64,000 nt of DNA. Source: Klebsiella phage iPHaGe-KPN-11i. Shown piece by piece: positions 1 through 8,704 of the stretch. The notes under the pieces are model-generated. The model was given only the letters and a program-made list of their open reading frames with translations. It was not told the origin of the DNA and ran no database searches. The DNA lies in the sequence record OR637327.1, one strand, 5' to 3'. The translations under genes and the position numbers were made by a program. Each line of letters starts with the position of its first letter. The first letter of the stretch is position 1.

Positions 1-1160
1 CGGAAACCTATTGTCGTGACAAGGCAATGTATCGCGCTCTGTCCCGTGCAATTGAGATCCAGGCGAATGCTGAAAAACCTGCTGGCGAACGCAACAACAA
101 AATCCCTGATGTTGGGGCAATCCCTGACATCATGGCGGAAGCGTTAGCGATTAGCTTCGATAGTTCGGTCGGTCATGATTACTTCGAAGACTATGAAAAA
201 CGCTGGATGCTTTACCAGTCCAAAGCGATGAAGATTCCGTTCAATATCCCGATCCTGAACGCCATTACCAAAGGCGGGGCGGAACGCGGTACACTGAACA
301 TCTTAATGGCTGGTGTTAACGTTGGTAAATCTCTGGGGCTTTGTTCTCTCGCTGCTGATTACCTGCAATCAGGTAAAAACGTCCTGTATATCAGTATGGA
401 AATGGCTGAACACGTTTGTTCTAAACGTATTGACGCTAACCTGCTTGATGTTGCGATGGACGATATCGACAACGGGAACATTACCTATGCGGACTATAAG
501 AACCGTATGGAGCGCCTCAAACAGACGAAGGTCGGGCGTTTAATCGTTAAGCAATACCCAACAGCAGGGGCGAACGCGAACCACTTCAAAGCGCTGATTA
601 AAGAGCTTAAATTGAAGAAAAACTTCGTGCCTGATGTGATTATTGTTGACTACCTGGGGATCTGTGCTTCTACCCGTGTACGCGGGGCGGAAAATACATA
701 CATCCTGGTTAAAGCGATTGCCGAAGAACTTCGTGGTTTGGCTGTTGAAACAAATACCGTAATGTGGACTGGTGCGCAGACTACCCGCGCCGCGTGGGAT
801 GCTTCTGATATCAGCATGGGCGACGTTGCCGAATCTGCTGGTCTTCCGGCTACCGCTGACTTTATGTTAGCTGTGATCGAGACCGACGAGTTAGCTGATC
901 AGGGCTTGCAGTTGTTCAAGCAGATCAAATCCCGTTACGGCGATAAGAACCACTTTAACCACTTTAAACTCGAAGTGCGCAAGGGTAATCAACGCTGGAT
1001 GGATACCGACAACAGCGATATCGGGTTCAAATCTGATTATAAAGGTCGTCAGATGCCGAAAACGCTTGAAGAAGCACAAGGTGCTATGGTAAAACAAGCT
1101 GAGACTAACCGAAGCAGTAAGTTAGCCGAAGTAGCAAACAGTACAGACATTCAATTTTAA
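1..1160 (+). CDS. 41: DnaB-family replicative DNA helicase (T4 gp41-like), 5-prime partial
   Basis: The reading frame is open from the window edge. A Walker A GVNVGKS motif and a DnaB-like ISMEM motif are present. It sits upstream of the primase as in the T4 41-61 arrangement. Confidence 0.85.
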   Translation, partial: ETYCRDKAMYRALSRAIEIQANAEKPAGERNNKIPDVGAIPDIMAEALAISFDSSVGHDYFEDYEKRWMLYQSKAMKIPFNIPILNAITKGGAERGTLNILMAGVNVGKSLGLCSLAADYLQSGKNVLYISMEMAEHVCSKRIDANLLDVAMDDIDNGNITYADYKNRMERLKQTKVGRLIVKQYPTAGANANHFKALIKELKLKKNFVPDVIIVDYLGICASTRVRGAENTYILVKAIAEELRGLAVETNTVMWTGAQTTRAAWDASDISMGDVAESAGLPATADFMLAVIETDELADQGLQLFKQIKSRYGDKNHFNHFKLEVRKGNQRWMDTDNSDIGFKSDYKGRQMPKTLEEAQGAMVKQAETNRSSKLAEVANSTDIQF

Positions 1161-1193
1161 CGGGGCTTCGGCCCCAATCAAAGGTATAGTGAA

Positions 1194-1403
1194 ATGAAAA
1201 AGATTCTCGTTATTGTGTTCCTGATCCTCCTGTCTCTGAAACTGGCAGCAATCGGGGTTATGGCAAATGCTTCCTGGTGGCTTGTGTTTGCACCACTGAT
1301 CGTGATCGGTGTGGTTAAACTGGCGGTGTGGGTGTTCATCATCGTAGCAATGGCAAATGTATTCCCTAAACTGTCTCTCTGGGTTGCAAAAAACCTAAAA
1401 TAA
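1194..1403 (+). CDS. small two-TM membrane protein (Imm/Sp-position hypothetical)
   Basis: A 69 aa ORF that is strongly hydrophobic, with a good RBS (aaaggtatagtgaaATG). Confidence 0.5.
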   Translation: MKKILVIVFLILLSLKLAAIGVMANASWWLVFAPLIVIGVVKLAVWVFIIVAMANVFPKLSLWVAKNLK

Positions 1404-1404
1404 T

Positions 1405-1453
1405 TCGAAAAACTTGTTGACGGGAGTTCTGGTTGTGATAATATGACTCCCGT
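1405..1453 (+). promoter_or_regulatory. sigma70-like early promoter embedded in a hairpin (PeSL-type cassette), copy 1
   Basis: The -35 TTGACG lies at 1417-1422 and the -10 TAATAT at 1439-1444, with a 16 nt spacer. It is flanked by inverted arms acgggagt and actcccgt, and an A-tract lies upstream. A near-identical copy sits on the - strand at 49106-49163. Confidence 0.55.
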
Positions 1454-1482
1454 AGACAACGAAACGGATTAGGAGATACCAA

Positions 1483-1737
1483 ATGAACTTACTGAACAAC
1501 CCATACGACGAAGTGATGAACCCAGAACTGGATTTCAGCGCGGGTTATTTCGATGCAGTAGTGAACAGCGTAGTAAACAGAGGTTTGCTGGTTGAAATGC
1601 TGAAAAGTGGGAAAGCAGATGTTGAAGGTAGCGTTGATTTCCTCTGGGGCTTCCTCCCAATCGACCCAGAATTCAAACTCTGCTGTAACGAAGTTCAGGC
1701 AAAAAACGTTCTTCGGTATCTTATCAACAAAGCATAA
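1483..1737 (+). CDS. hypothetical protein
   Basis: An 84 aa ORF with an RBS (aggagataccaaATG), followed by a terminator. Confidence 0.5.
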   Translation: MNLLNNPYDEVMNPELDFSAGYFDAVVNSVVNRGLLVEMLKSGKADVEGSVDFLWGFLPIDPEFKLCCNEVQAKNVLRYLINKA

Positions 1738-1740
1738 AAA

Positions 1741-1768
1741 TTAAGCCCCGAAAGGGGCTTTTTTGTAT
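1741..1768 (+). terminator. rho-independent terminator
   Basis: The hairpin agccccgaaaggggct is followed by a T run. Confidence 0.7.
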
Positions 1769-1832
1769 CTATAGGTATTGCAATCCTTCTCGAAAGGTGA
1801 TACCTTATTCTAAACAAACAAAGGAGGACATC

Positions 1833-2063
1833 ATGAAACTTGCAATCGCTTTTATCTTACTGGTTCTAAACGCACTTATGGGCTTTCCGTTCCCGTGGTT
1901 GGTGCTTCTGGCTATCCCGTTTGCCTGGAACCTGTTCAGAATCGGTTTAGCGGGTTGTGTTGGTGTCCTAATGCTTATCATCGGCGCTATCGGTGGCAAA
2001 GACGCTTTTATCGGTGTTTTGAAAGCCATGAAAGAGGGCGTTAAAGAAGGTTTAGTGAAATGA
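1833..2063 (+). CDS. small membrane protein
   Basis: An internal ATG has a strong RBS (aaaggaggacatcATG). The protein is hydrophobic and 76 aa long. The ORF-track start at 1797 lacks an RBS. Confidence 0.5.
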   Translation: MKLAIAFILLVLNALMGFPFPWLVLLAIPFAWNLFRIGLAGCVGVLMLIIGAIGGKDAFIGVLKAMKEGVKEGLVK

Positions 2064-2446
2064 GTGATTTATTAGATATGATACTTCCAGACGAAGAAGA
2101 ACCGAAGTTCGAAAGTCCGTATCGTTCAGAATGGATCGTATCGGTTGACGACAAAGGCTATGTTGATATCATGCGCTGGCCTAATATTCATCCTGGCTAT
2201 CTGGATGAAGGTATCAATGCGGAAATGCTGGGTATGCCTGAACAGGTTGAAGATCCTGCTGGGGTGTATAAGTGGATTTGCAGCCCGTGGGAAACCCGCG
2301 ACTGGGAAAGCAATATTGTTGATGATTGGGGCTTTGATGTGGTAGAATCTACCCCTCTGTTCTTATTACCGGAAAAAGCCAATGGCGAAGTTAACGAAAG
2401 CGGAAACCAAACAGCACAACAAGATAATGGATCTGGTGGAGTCTGA
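2060..2446 (+). CDS. hypothetical acidic protein
   Basis: A 128 aa ORF whose start overlaps the stop of the upstream gene (ATGA). Confidence 0.45.
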   Translation: MSDLLDMILPDEEEPKFESPYRSEWIVSVDDKGYVDIMRWPNIHPGYLDEGINAEMLGMPEQVEDPAGVYKWICSPWETRDWESNIVDDWGFDVVESTPLFLLPEKANGEVNESGNQTAQQDNGSGGV

Positions 2447-3167
2447 CAAGGCGCTAACCTACGACGAAAAGTTATTCATTATCGAAAACTTCCATGAAGG
2501 TGCATTTACGAATAACTCTGAACTGGGCGCATTCTTTACCCCGATCGGACTTGCTCGCGATTTCACTATTGATGCTTGTACCAGTGGAAGCGTTGTTGAC
2601 CTGTGCGCGGGTATTGGTGGGCTATCCTTCGCGATGCTTCACATGATGATGTACGCCAAACCGCGTGAAATCGTCTGTGTTGAGTTAAACCATACATACT
2701 ATAAGTTGGGTAAGCGTATCGTACCGGAAGCGACCTGGATTAACGCAGACGCGTTAACGACGGAGTTTGATACTCTGTTTGATATGGCGATCAGCAATCC
2801 ACCTTTCGGTAAGATAAAGACATCCGATTTTAAGGGTAAGTATACGGGCGCGGAATTTGAATATAAAGTGATTGAACGTGCTTCACAGATTGCCCGTGCG
2901 GGTACGTTCATTCTCCCGCAGATGTCCGCGAATTTCCGTTACTCTGGACGGCGTTATTTCCAACAGGACGAATCAACGACAACATCGAAATGCAAAAAGT
3001 TTCTTGATGAAACTGGCCTTGAAATGCAACCTGGTTGCGGCATTGATACCGGATACTATCTGGAGGAATGGAAAGGCGTGAAGCCGATGTGTGAAGTTGT
3101 CTGTATGGAATTCCCTGAACCGGAGCCAGAACCCGCGCAAAACCTTTTCACTTTCACAATAGAGTAA
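2382..3167 (+). CDS. class I SAM-dependent methyltransferase (amino-MTase family, NPPF motif; DNA N6-adenine or RNA N2-guanine)
   Basis: Motif I VVDLCAGIGGLS and motif IV ISNPPFGK are present. The true start may be the internal ATG near 2427. Confidence 0.65.
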   Translation: MAKLTKAETKQHNKIMDLVESDKALTYDEKLFIIENFHEGAFTNNSELGAFFTPIGLARDFTIDACTSGSVVDLCAGIGGLSFAMLHMMMYAKPREIVCVELNHTYYKLGKRIVPEATWINADALTTEFDTLFDMAISNPPFGKIKTSDFKGKYTGAEFEYKVIERASQIARAGTFILPQMSANFRYSGRRYFQQDESTTTSKCKKFLDETGLEMQPGCGIDTGYYLEEWKGVKPMCEVVCMEFPEPEPEPAQNLFTFTIE

Positions 3168-3172
3168 AGACT

Positions 3173-3667
3173 ATGAGCGATCAATTAATCAAAAACATGG
3201 ATTTAACCTACAGTGTGCGAATGATTCGCCTACTGAAAAAACCCTGGACTGAATGGACGGCTTACAAGCTGGGGATCATCGACGGTCAAGGCGAAGTAAT
3301 CAAGAACCCGAAGACGAAGGAAGAACTGGAAGCATATTCCCCGTTCCATCGCTCTGTAAGGCACATCAAGCGCCGTTTAAACGCGGTTCCTTATATGTCT
3401 GGGTTCATGAACCTTACGAGCGCGTATGACTCGCTACGGAACCGCTGGAACCTGACCGAGCAAGAGCACGAAGAAATCATGATGAACCTCCCAGAACTTC
3501 GCGAAAGACTCAACGAAGAAATGGTTGCAGGTGATTCAGGCGGAAGTGTAGATAACATTGCTTCGGGTGTGACTACAGGCGCGATCACGAACAAAGGGCC
3601 GAAGGTTCTGGGTTCTACGCGTCCATATAAACGCAAACGGAAGATCATGAAAAATGATACGGAATGA
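3173..3667 (+). CDS. hypothetical protein (basic C-terminus)
   Basis: A 164 aa ORF lying between the methyltransferase and the primase. Confidence 0.5.
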   Translation: MSDQLIKNMDLTYSVRMIRLLKKPWTEWTAYKLGIIDGQGEVIKNPKTKEELEAYSPFHRSVRHIKRRLNAVPYMSGFMNLTSAYDSLRNRWNLTEQEHEEIMMNLPELRERLNEEMVAGDSGGSVDNIASGVTTGAITNKGPKVLGSTRPYKRKRKIMKNDTE

Positions 3668-3815
3668 CCTTGAGCGGTTGCCTATTCGCGAAATCGAAAA
3701 GCGGATCGAGAACATGAAAGGCATTTTAGAAAAATATCCGTATATGCAGGGCATTGTCGTTTATATTGAACGGCTACGCGCTGCAAGGGCATCCAAGATA
3801 GGAAGGAAGAAATGA
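3654..3815 (+). CDS. small ORF (53 aa), translationally coupled
   Basis: It is not in the ORF track because of the 60 aa cutoff. It bridges a gap with ATGA overlaps at both ends. Confidence 0.35.
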   Translation: MIRNDLERLPIREIEKRIENMKGILEKYPYMQGIVVYIERLRAARASKIGRKK

Positions 3816-4033
3816 AACCATTACCGCCATTGAATTATCGGATCTGGGTTACTGCGAACAATTACACCTGGTTTCCGATCCGTATCAAGTACATGAGCGA
3901 CACAGCGATCGTGTACACGAACGAAAGAAAATTTGCGCCGCGTGTCGATATTCCTAGACCTTATCCGTTTGATAAGATATTCTGTGAATGGAAAATCACT
4001 TTAGACGGCACAGAGAAAGAAGTTAGCCGATAG
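3812..4033 (+). CDS. hypothetical protein
   Basis: A 73 aa ORF. Confidence 0.4.
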   Translation: MKPLPPLNYRIWVTANNYTWFPIRIKYMSDTAIVYTNERKFAPRVDIPRPYPFDKIFCEWKITLDGTEKEVSR

Positions 4034-4041
4034 AGGTAAAC

Positions 4042-5067
4042 ATGTATCTTGATATAGAGTTCGCAACTCGTATCATGGGATCATTACCACAAAGCGAAAT
4101 CGTTCGACGGGGTGGGGAATTCAGTATCCATTCCCGTTGTCCGATTTGTGGCGACTCCATGAAGGATAAGCACAAAAAACGTTTTTGGATCTTTCCATCA
4201 AAACGAGGCACACACATGATGTGTGGTTGTTTTAACTGCAACTACAGCAAGCCGTTTTCTGTGTTTCTGAAAGATTATTACCCGGATGATTACACGGCGT
4301 ATTTGATGGAATCTTTCAAGGATCGTAAAGATTTAAAACAGACGCACGAAGAACCGCCGAAGGAAGAAAAGAAATATATTCCTGAATTGCAGTTCTGCGA
4401 ACGTCTGGACACGTTGCCAGAAAATCACCCTATCGTTAAGTATGTTGCAGGTCGTCACATACCTAAAGACAAATATGATCGCCTCTGGTTTACGCGTCAA
4501 TGGCAACACCTGGTTAACTCTGTGAATGCGGACGCATACCCTTTACCGAAGGATGAACCGCGTTTGGTGATCCCTATCTTTGATGCTAAGGGCAAAATCG
4601 AATCATTCCAGGGACGCGCCTTGCGTGACAATGCCGCAGCCAAATACATGACAATCAAAGCGTGTGAGCACTCAACGAAAGTATATGGTCAAGATACCAT
4701 CGATCCGTTGAAACCTGTCTACCTGCTTGAAGGGCCGCTGGATAGCCTGTTTGTAGATAATGCTGGGGCGATTACGGGCGGACAAATGGCGTTGTCTGAC
4801 GTTCCGTATAAAAATATGCGTGTCTGGGTTCTTGACAATGAACGACATCATCCAGATACTACTCACCGCCTTTTAAAATTGATTGAGGCTGGCGAAAAGG
4901 TTGTGTTGTGGGACAAATGCCCGTGGCCGTCAAAAGATATCAACGAAATGATAAAAACTGACGGCGCAACTAAACTTGAAATCATGCAGTATTTGAAAGA
5001 GAATACTGTTTCTGGACTCACGGCGAAACTTCGGTTTAAGTCGTGGGACAAATCACCGAAAAAATGA
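4042..5067 (+). CDS. 61: DNA primase (T4 gp61-like)
   Basis: An N-terminal zinc ribbon CPICGDS...CGCFNCNY is followed by a Toprim-like region. It matches the T4 gp61 pattern and position. Confidence 0.9.
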   Translation: MYLDIEFATRIMGSLPQSEIVRRGGEFSIHSRCPICGDSMKDKHKKRFWIFPSKRGTHMMCGCFNCNYSKPFSVFLKDYYPDDYTAYLMESFKDRKDLKQTHEEPPKEEKKYIPELQFCERLDTLPENHPIVKYVAGRHIPKDKYDRLWFTRQWQHLVNSVNADAYPLPKDEPRLVIPIFDAKGKIESFQGRALRDNAAAKYMTIKACEHSTKVYGQDTIDPLKPVYLLEGPLDSLFVDNAGAITGGQMALSDVPYKNMRVWVLDNERHHPDTTHRLLKLIEAGEKVVLWDKCPWPSKDINEMIKTDGATKLEIMQYLKENTVSGLTAKLRFKSWDKSPKK

Positions 5068-5074
5068 GATTGAT

Positions 5075-5608
5075 ATGACTGATAAAACTCCTGTTTTTAA
5101 TAGCTGTGCGCACTTGGTTAAAGCCGATGATCTGGAAATGGTAGAAGGTTTCTACCGCAATGCATTACAGAACGGAATCGACCCGCTGCAAAAGATGCTT
5201 GACTTGCAAGATCATGCACAGCAAAGCCTGTCTGATACCCTGAATTGGGTTCCACGTCCGAACGAACTGCAAACGTGCGGTGATATCCTGGACTGGCTGA
5301 AACTGCAAGATGATGCGATCGCAGACGAAACCCGCGAACTTTACACCGCTCTGGGTGGTATGTCTCGCGGTGCAAAAGCGGCTTCCGGTGTATGGAAACC
5401 GTGGAAAGCAAATCATCAAGAACTGCGTAGCCAGGTATTCGCAGAAATGAAAGAAGAAGACAAACTGGAAATCTTGTTTGAACTGATTGACCAGTGGCAC
5501 TTCTTCATGTGTAAGTTCCTCGCGTTGGGACTGGATGCGGAAACCATCTACAAGCTGTATGCTCTGAAACAGGCGGAAAACCTGCGTCGTTGGGCGAACA
5601 ACTACTAA
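5075..5608 (+). CDS. 56: dCTP pyrophosphatase (T4 gp56-like, MazG fold)
   Basis: Colinear matches to T4 gp56 include NxCAHL near the N-terminus, GDILDWL, RELYTALGGMSRGAKAASGVWKPWKA and KLYALKQAENL. Confidence 0.85.
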   Translation: MTDKTPVFNSCAHLVKADDLEMVEGFYRNALQNGIDPLQKMLDLQDHAQQSLSDTLNWVPRPNELQTCGDILDWLKLQDDAIADETRELYTALGGMSRGAKAASGVWKPWKANHQELRSQVFAEMKEEDKLEILFELIDQWHFFMCKFLALGLDAETIYKLYALKQAENLRRWANNY

Positions 5609-5790
5609 TGGAAATCGCCGCGCTTTATGCTGTATTCGTTTTGTCTTACATCTTATGCGCGGTGATAACGTATCTCTTCGGATGGTGCGTTTTCCACGTT
5701 AACGGTGTTGACAGAAAAGCCGCTTTGATAGTAATATCATTGCTATGGGTTATAGGTTTTTTCTACGTCATCTATGAGGGGCGAAAATGA
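5608..5790 (+). CDS. small membrane protein
   Basis: The ATG at 5608 overlaps the stop of gene 56 (TAATG). The protein is hydrophobic and 60 aa long. Confidence 0.4.
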   Translation: MEIAALYAVFVLSYILCAVITYLFGWCVFHVNGVDRKAALIVISLLWVIGFFYVIYEGRK

Positions 5791-6074
5791 TTGACAAATA
5801 CTATATCATTGTTACGAAAGACAAAGACGGCTTTACTATTCCATACGTTGAAAACGGGAAAACGCCGGAACTGTTTGCATCACCGCAACTTGCAAAAGAT
5901 AAATTAGATTTTATCCGCAAGTGCTACGAAACCAAACTGAACTACACGCCGGATGAACCGCGTTTCAGTTTCTTCCGCAAAACCGAGCAACTACCAGCAA
6001 CCGAAGAACAGAAAAAAGAGATGCGTTGGTTTATTGAGAATTCGAAAATTCAAGGGGTATTACTCAAATTATGA
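5787..6074 (+). CDS. hypothetical protein
   Basis: A 95 aa ORF with an ATGA overlap into dda. Confidence 0.5.
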   Translation: MIDKYYIIVTKDKDGFTIPYVENGKTPELFASPQLAKDKLDFIRKCYETKLNYTPDEPRFSFFRKTEQLPATEEQKKEMRWFIENSKIQGVLLKL

Positions 6075-7402
6075 GCGAGTTAACATTTGATGATCTGAGT
6101 GACGATCAGAAGTCCGCGCATGATCGCGTTATCCACAACATCCAGAACGCCATTCATACAACTATTACGGGTGGCCCTGGTGTTGGTAAAACAACACTGG
6201 TTAAGTTTGTCTTTAACACTCTGAAAGGGTTGGGGATTAGCGGTATTTGGTTAACTGCCCCAACACACCAGGCTAAAAACGTGTTAGCAGCGGCTACCGG
6301 AATGGACGCAACAACGATTCATTCTGCATTGAAGATTAGCCCTGTGACTAACGAAGAACTGCGTGTGTTCGAACAGCAGAAAGGCAAGAAAGCGCCTGAT
6401 CTGTCTACCTGTCGCGTGTTCGTTGTTGAAGAAGTCTCGATGGTTGATATGGATCTGTTCCGAATCATCCGGCGCAGTATTCCAAGCAACGCTGTTATTC
6501 TGGGACTGGGTGATAAAGATCAGATCCGTCCGGTAAACGCCGATGGACGTGTTGAACTCTCCCCGTTCTTTGATGAAGAAATCTTTGATGTTATCCGTAT
6601 GGATAAAATCATGCGTCAGGCAGAAGGGAACCCGATTATTCAGGTTTCACGGGCTGTACGTGATGGTAAGATGCTGAAACCGATGTCTGTCGGTGATCTG
6701 GGTGTGTTCCAACATGCTAACGCTGTTGACTTCCTCCGTCAGTATTTCCGCCGTGTTAAAACGCCGGATGACTTGATCGAGAACCGCATGTTCGCGTACA
6801 CTAACGACAACGTGGACAAGCTGAACGCAACGATCCGCAAACACCTGTACAAAACAACAGAACCTTTCATTCTCGATGAAGTGATCGTGATGCAGGAACC
6901 GTTAGTTCAGGAAATGCGGTTGAACGGGCAAATCTTCACCGAGATTGTTTATAACAACAACGAAAAAATCCGAGTCTTAGAAATCATCCCGCGTCGGGAA
7001 GTTATCAAGGCGGAGAAGTGCGACGAGAAGATCGAAATTGAATTCTATCTCCTGAAAACGGTATCGCTCGAAGAGGAAACCGAAGCACAGATTCAGGTTG
7101 TTGTTGATCCGGTGATGAAAGACCGTTTGGGTAACTATCTGGCTTACGTTGCGAGCACTTATAAGCGCATCAAGCAACAAACAGGCTATAAAGCCCCGTG
7201 GCATTCGTTCTGGGCGATTAAAAACAAGTTCCAGGATGTTAAGCCTCTTCCGGTTTGTACTTACCACAAATCACAGGGGAGCACGTATGACCATGCGTAC
7301 ATGTACACGCGCGATGCGTATGCGTTCGCAGATTACGATCTGTGTAAGCAGTTAATCTATGTGGGCGTAACCCGCGCACGTTACACCGTTGATTATGTAT
7401 AA
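6071..7402 (+). CDS. dda: Dda SF1B DNA helicase
   Basis: It is colinear with T4 Dda. Shared features include the N-terminal TFDDL...Q, a GGPGVGKTT Walker A, APTHQAK and the C-terminal YVGVTRARYTVDYV. Confidence 0.9.
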   Translation: MSELTFDDLSDDQKSAHDRVIHNIQNAIHTTITGGPGVGKTTLVKFVFNTLKGLGISGIWLTAPTHQAKNVLAAATGMDATTIHSALKISPVTNEELRVFEQQKGKKAPDLSTCRVFVVEEVSMVDMDLFRIIRRSIPSNAVILGLGDKDQIRPVNADGRVELSPFFDEEIFDVIRMDKIMRQAEGNPIIQVSRAVRDGKMLKPMSVGDLGVFQHANAVDFLRQYFRRVKTPDDLIENRMFAYTNDNVDKLNATIRKHLYKTTEPFILDEVIVMQEPLVQEMRLNGQIFTEIVYNNNEKIRVLEIIPRREVIKAEKCDEKIEIEFYLLKTVSLEEETEAQIQVVVDPVMKDRLGNYLAYVASTYKRIKQQTGYKAPWHSFWAIKNKFQDVKPLPVCTYHKSQGSTYDHAYMYTRDAYAFADYDLCKQLIYVGVTRARYTVDYV

Positions 7403-7424
7403 GGGGCGTTGCCCCTTTTGAGGT
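7402..7424 (+). terminator. rho-independent terminator
   Basis: The hairpin aaggggcgttgcccctttt. Confidence 0.6.
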
Positions 7425-7428
7425 TATT

Positions 7429-7743
7429 ATGAAATTGACTATCCTTGTAAAAGACATTCCCCGAATTCTGGAAGCTCTCGATAAAATTCGAGAAAAAGAC
7501 CCACACGCGATCACCATGTTCGGGATGTATAGCGCAGCAGATCCAAGCGAAGTTATTCACCGTTTGCGCTTCATTGAAAAGTCTAACGATGTTCTTTATT
7601 CTCCGAACGGGCCAAGTTATTCATGGTCTCCTATTGCAAAAGAAGTTGAACTGACTTATGATGAATATGGCGTTATCGTGCTGATCCTTAGAATGGCACG
7701 AAACATTCGTGAAGATAAAGACATATGGACACTAATATCATGA
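7429..7743 (+). CDS. hypothetical protein
   Basis: A 104 aa ORF. Confidence 0.45.
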   Translation: MKLTILVKDIPRILEALDKIREKDPHAITMFGMYSAADPSEVIHRLRFIEKSNDVLYSPNGPSYSWSPIAKEVELTYDEYGVIVLILRMARNIREDKDIWTLIS

Positions 7744-8036
7744 AAAAAGATGTATCTATCCAGATCCCACGCCTCCACGCGGAAGCAATTGCAGACCTGA
7801 TTTTCAAAACTCCACGCACAGACCTTCCGGTGAATATTGATATTGATTTGCTCTATGAATTCATGGAAGCTGTTGAAAATGCAAGCCGCCTGGAAAAAGC
7901 GATCTATCATTGCGGTTTGCGTCAGTTCGGAATGATGTCAATGGCTAGCGAAGAGATCCGAACATTCGACATCAACCCAGAAGTTGCGCTTACGCTGGCA
8001 TACTTCATGGAAGAGTACAAGCGGAGAAGTTCATGA
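7725..8036 (+). CDS. hypothetical protein
   Basis: A 103 aa ORF. An alternative start lies at 7740. Confidence 0.45.
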   Translation: MDTNIMKKDVSIQIPRLHAEAIADLIFKTPRTDLPVNIDIDLLYEFMEAVENASRLEKAIYHCGLRQFGMMSMASEEIRTFDINPEVALTLAYFMEEYKRRSS

Positions 8037-8704
8037 GTCATTTACCCGTAGATTACGTATGGGATTATGAAACGGTTGGTCCTTCCCCGAACGGGAAGGT
8101 GATCGAACTCTCATACGTTCCGTTTGTTGATGATCCACACAACCCGCCAACGTTCGCGGAACTGGTTGCAAGGGGACGCAAATACAAATTCGATTTGCGT
8201 AATCAGCCCGATCGTATTGCCGATCAGGGAACAATCGCCTGGTGGAAACAACAAAGCGAAGAAGCCCGCACAATCCTGAAACCGTCGCCGGAGGATTTGG
8301 AACTGTATGCAGGACACAGACAATTCTTCGAAGACCTGAAAGCGGACGGTGTGAGCCGTTGGCAATCACTCGATTACGTTCGCGGCCCTGAATTCGATCG
8401 CGGTATCCTGGTTGATATCGTGCGTAAGATGGTTGGTAAGATCGACATCTTCGAAGATATGCCGACCGTGTTCTGGAATAGTCGCGATGTGCGTACATGT
8501 ATCGAAAACCGCCTGTTAACGCGTGATGCTTCGACCTGTCCTCTTCGGAAAGGGTTACTTGATGGTTTTGTGATGCATAATTCAATTCACGATTGCGCGA
8601 AAGATGTTTTGATGATAGTCTATTCATTGAGATATGCGCTGGGGCTGGAAGAACCCCCAAGTGAAGAAGAAACCGATCCATTGAGTCTGCCGAGGAAAAG
8701 ATGA
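8033..8704 (+). CDS. dexA: exonuclease A (DexA)
   Basis: A strong colinear match to T4 DexA across the whole length, including the C-terminal CPLxKGxLDGFVxHxSIHDCAKD...DPLSLPxKR. Confidence 0.9.
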   Translation: MSHLPVDYVWDYETVGPSPNGKVIELSYVPFVDDPHNPPTFAELVARGRKYKFDLRNQPDRIADQGTIAWWKQQSEEARTILKPSPEDLELYAGHRQFFEDLKADGVSRWQSLDYVRGPEFDRGILVDIVRKMVGKIDIFEDMPTVFWNSRDVRTCIENRLLTRDASTCPLRKGLLDGFVMHNSIHDCAKDVLMIVYSLRYALGLEEPPSEEETDPLSLPRKR

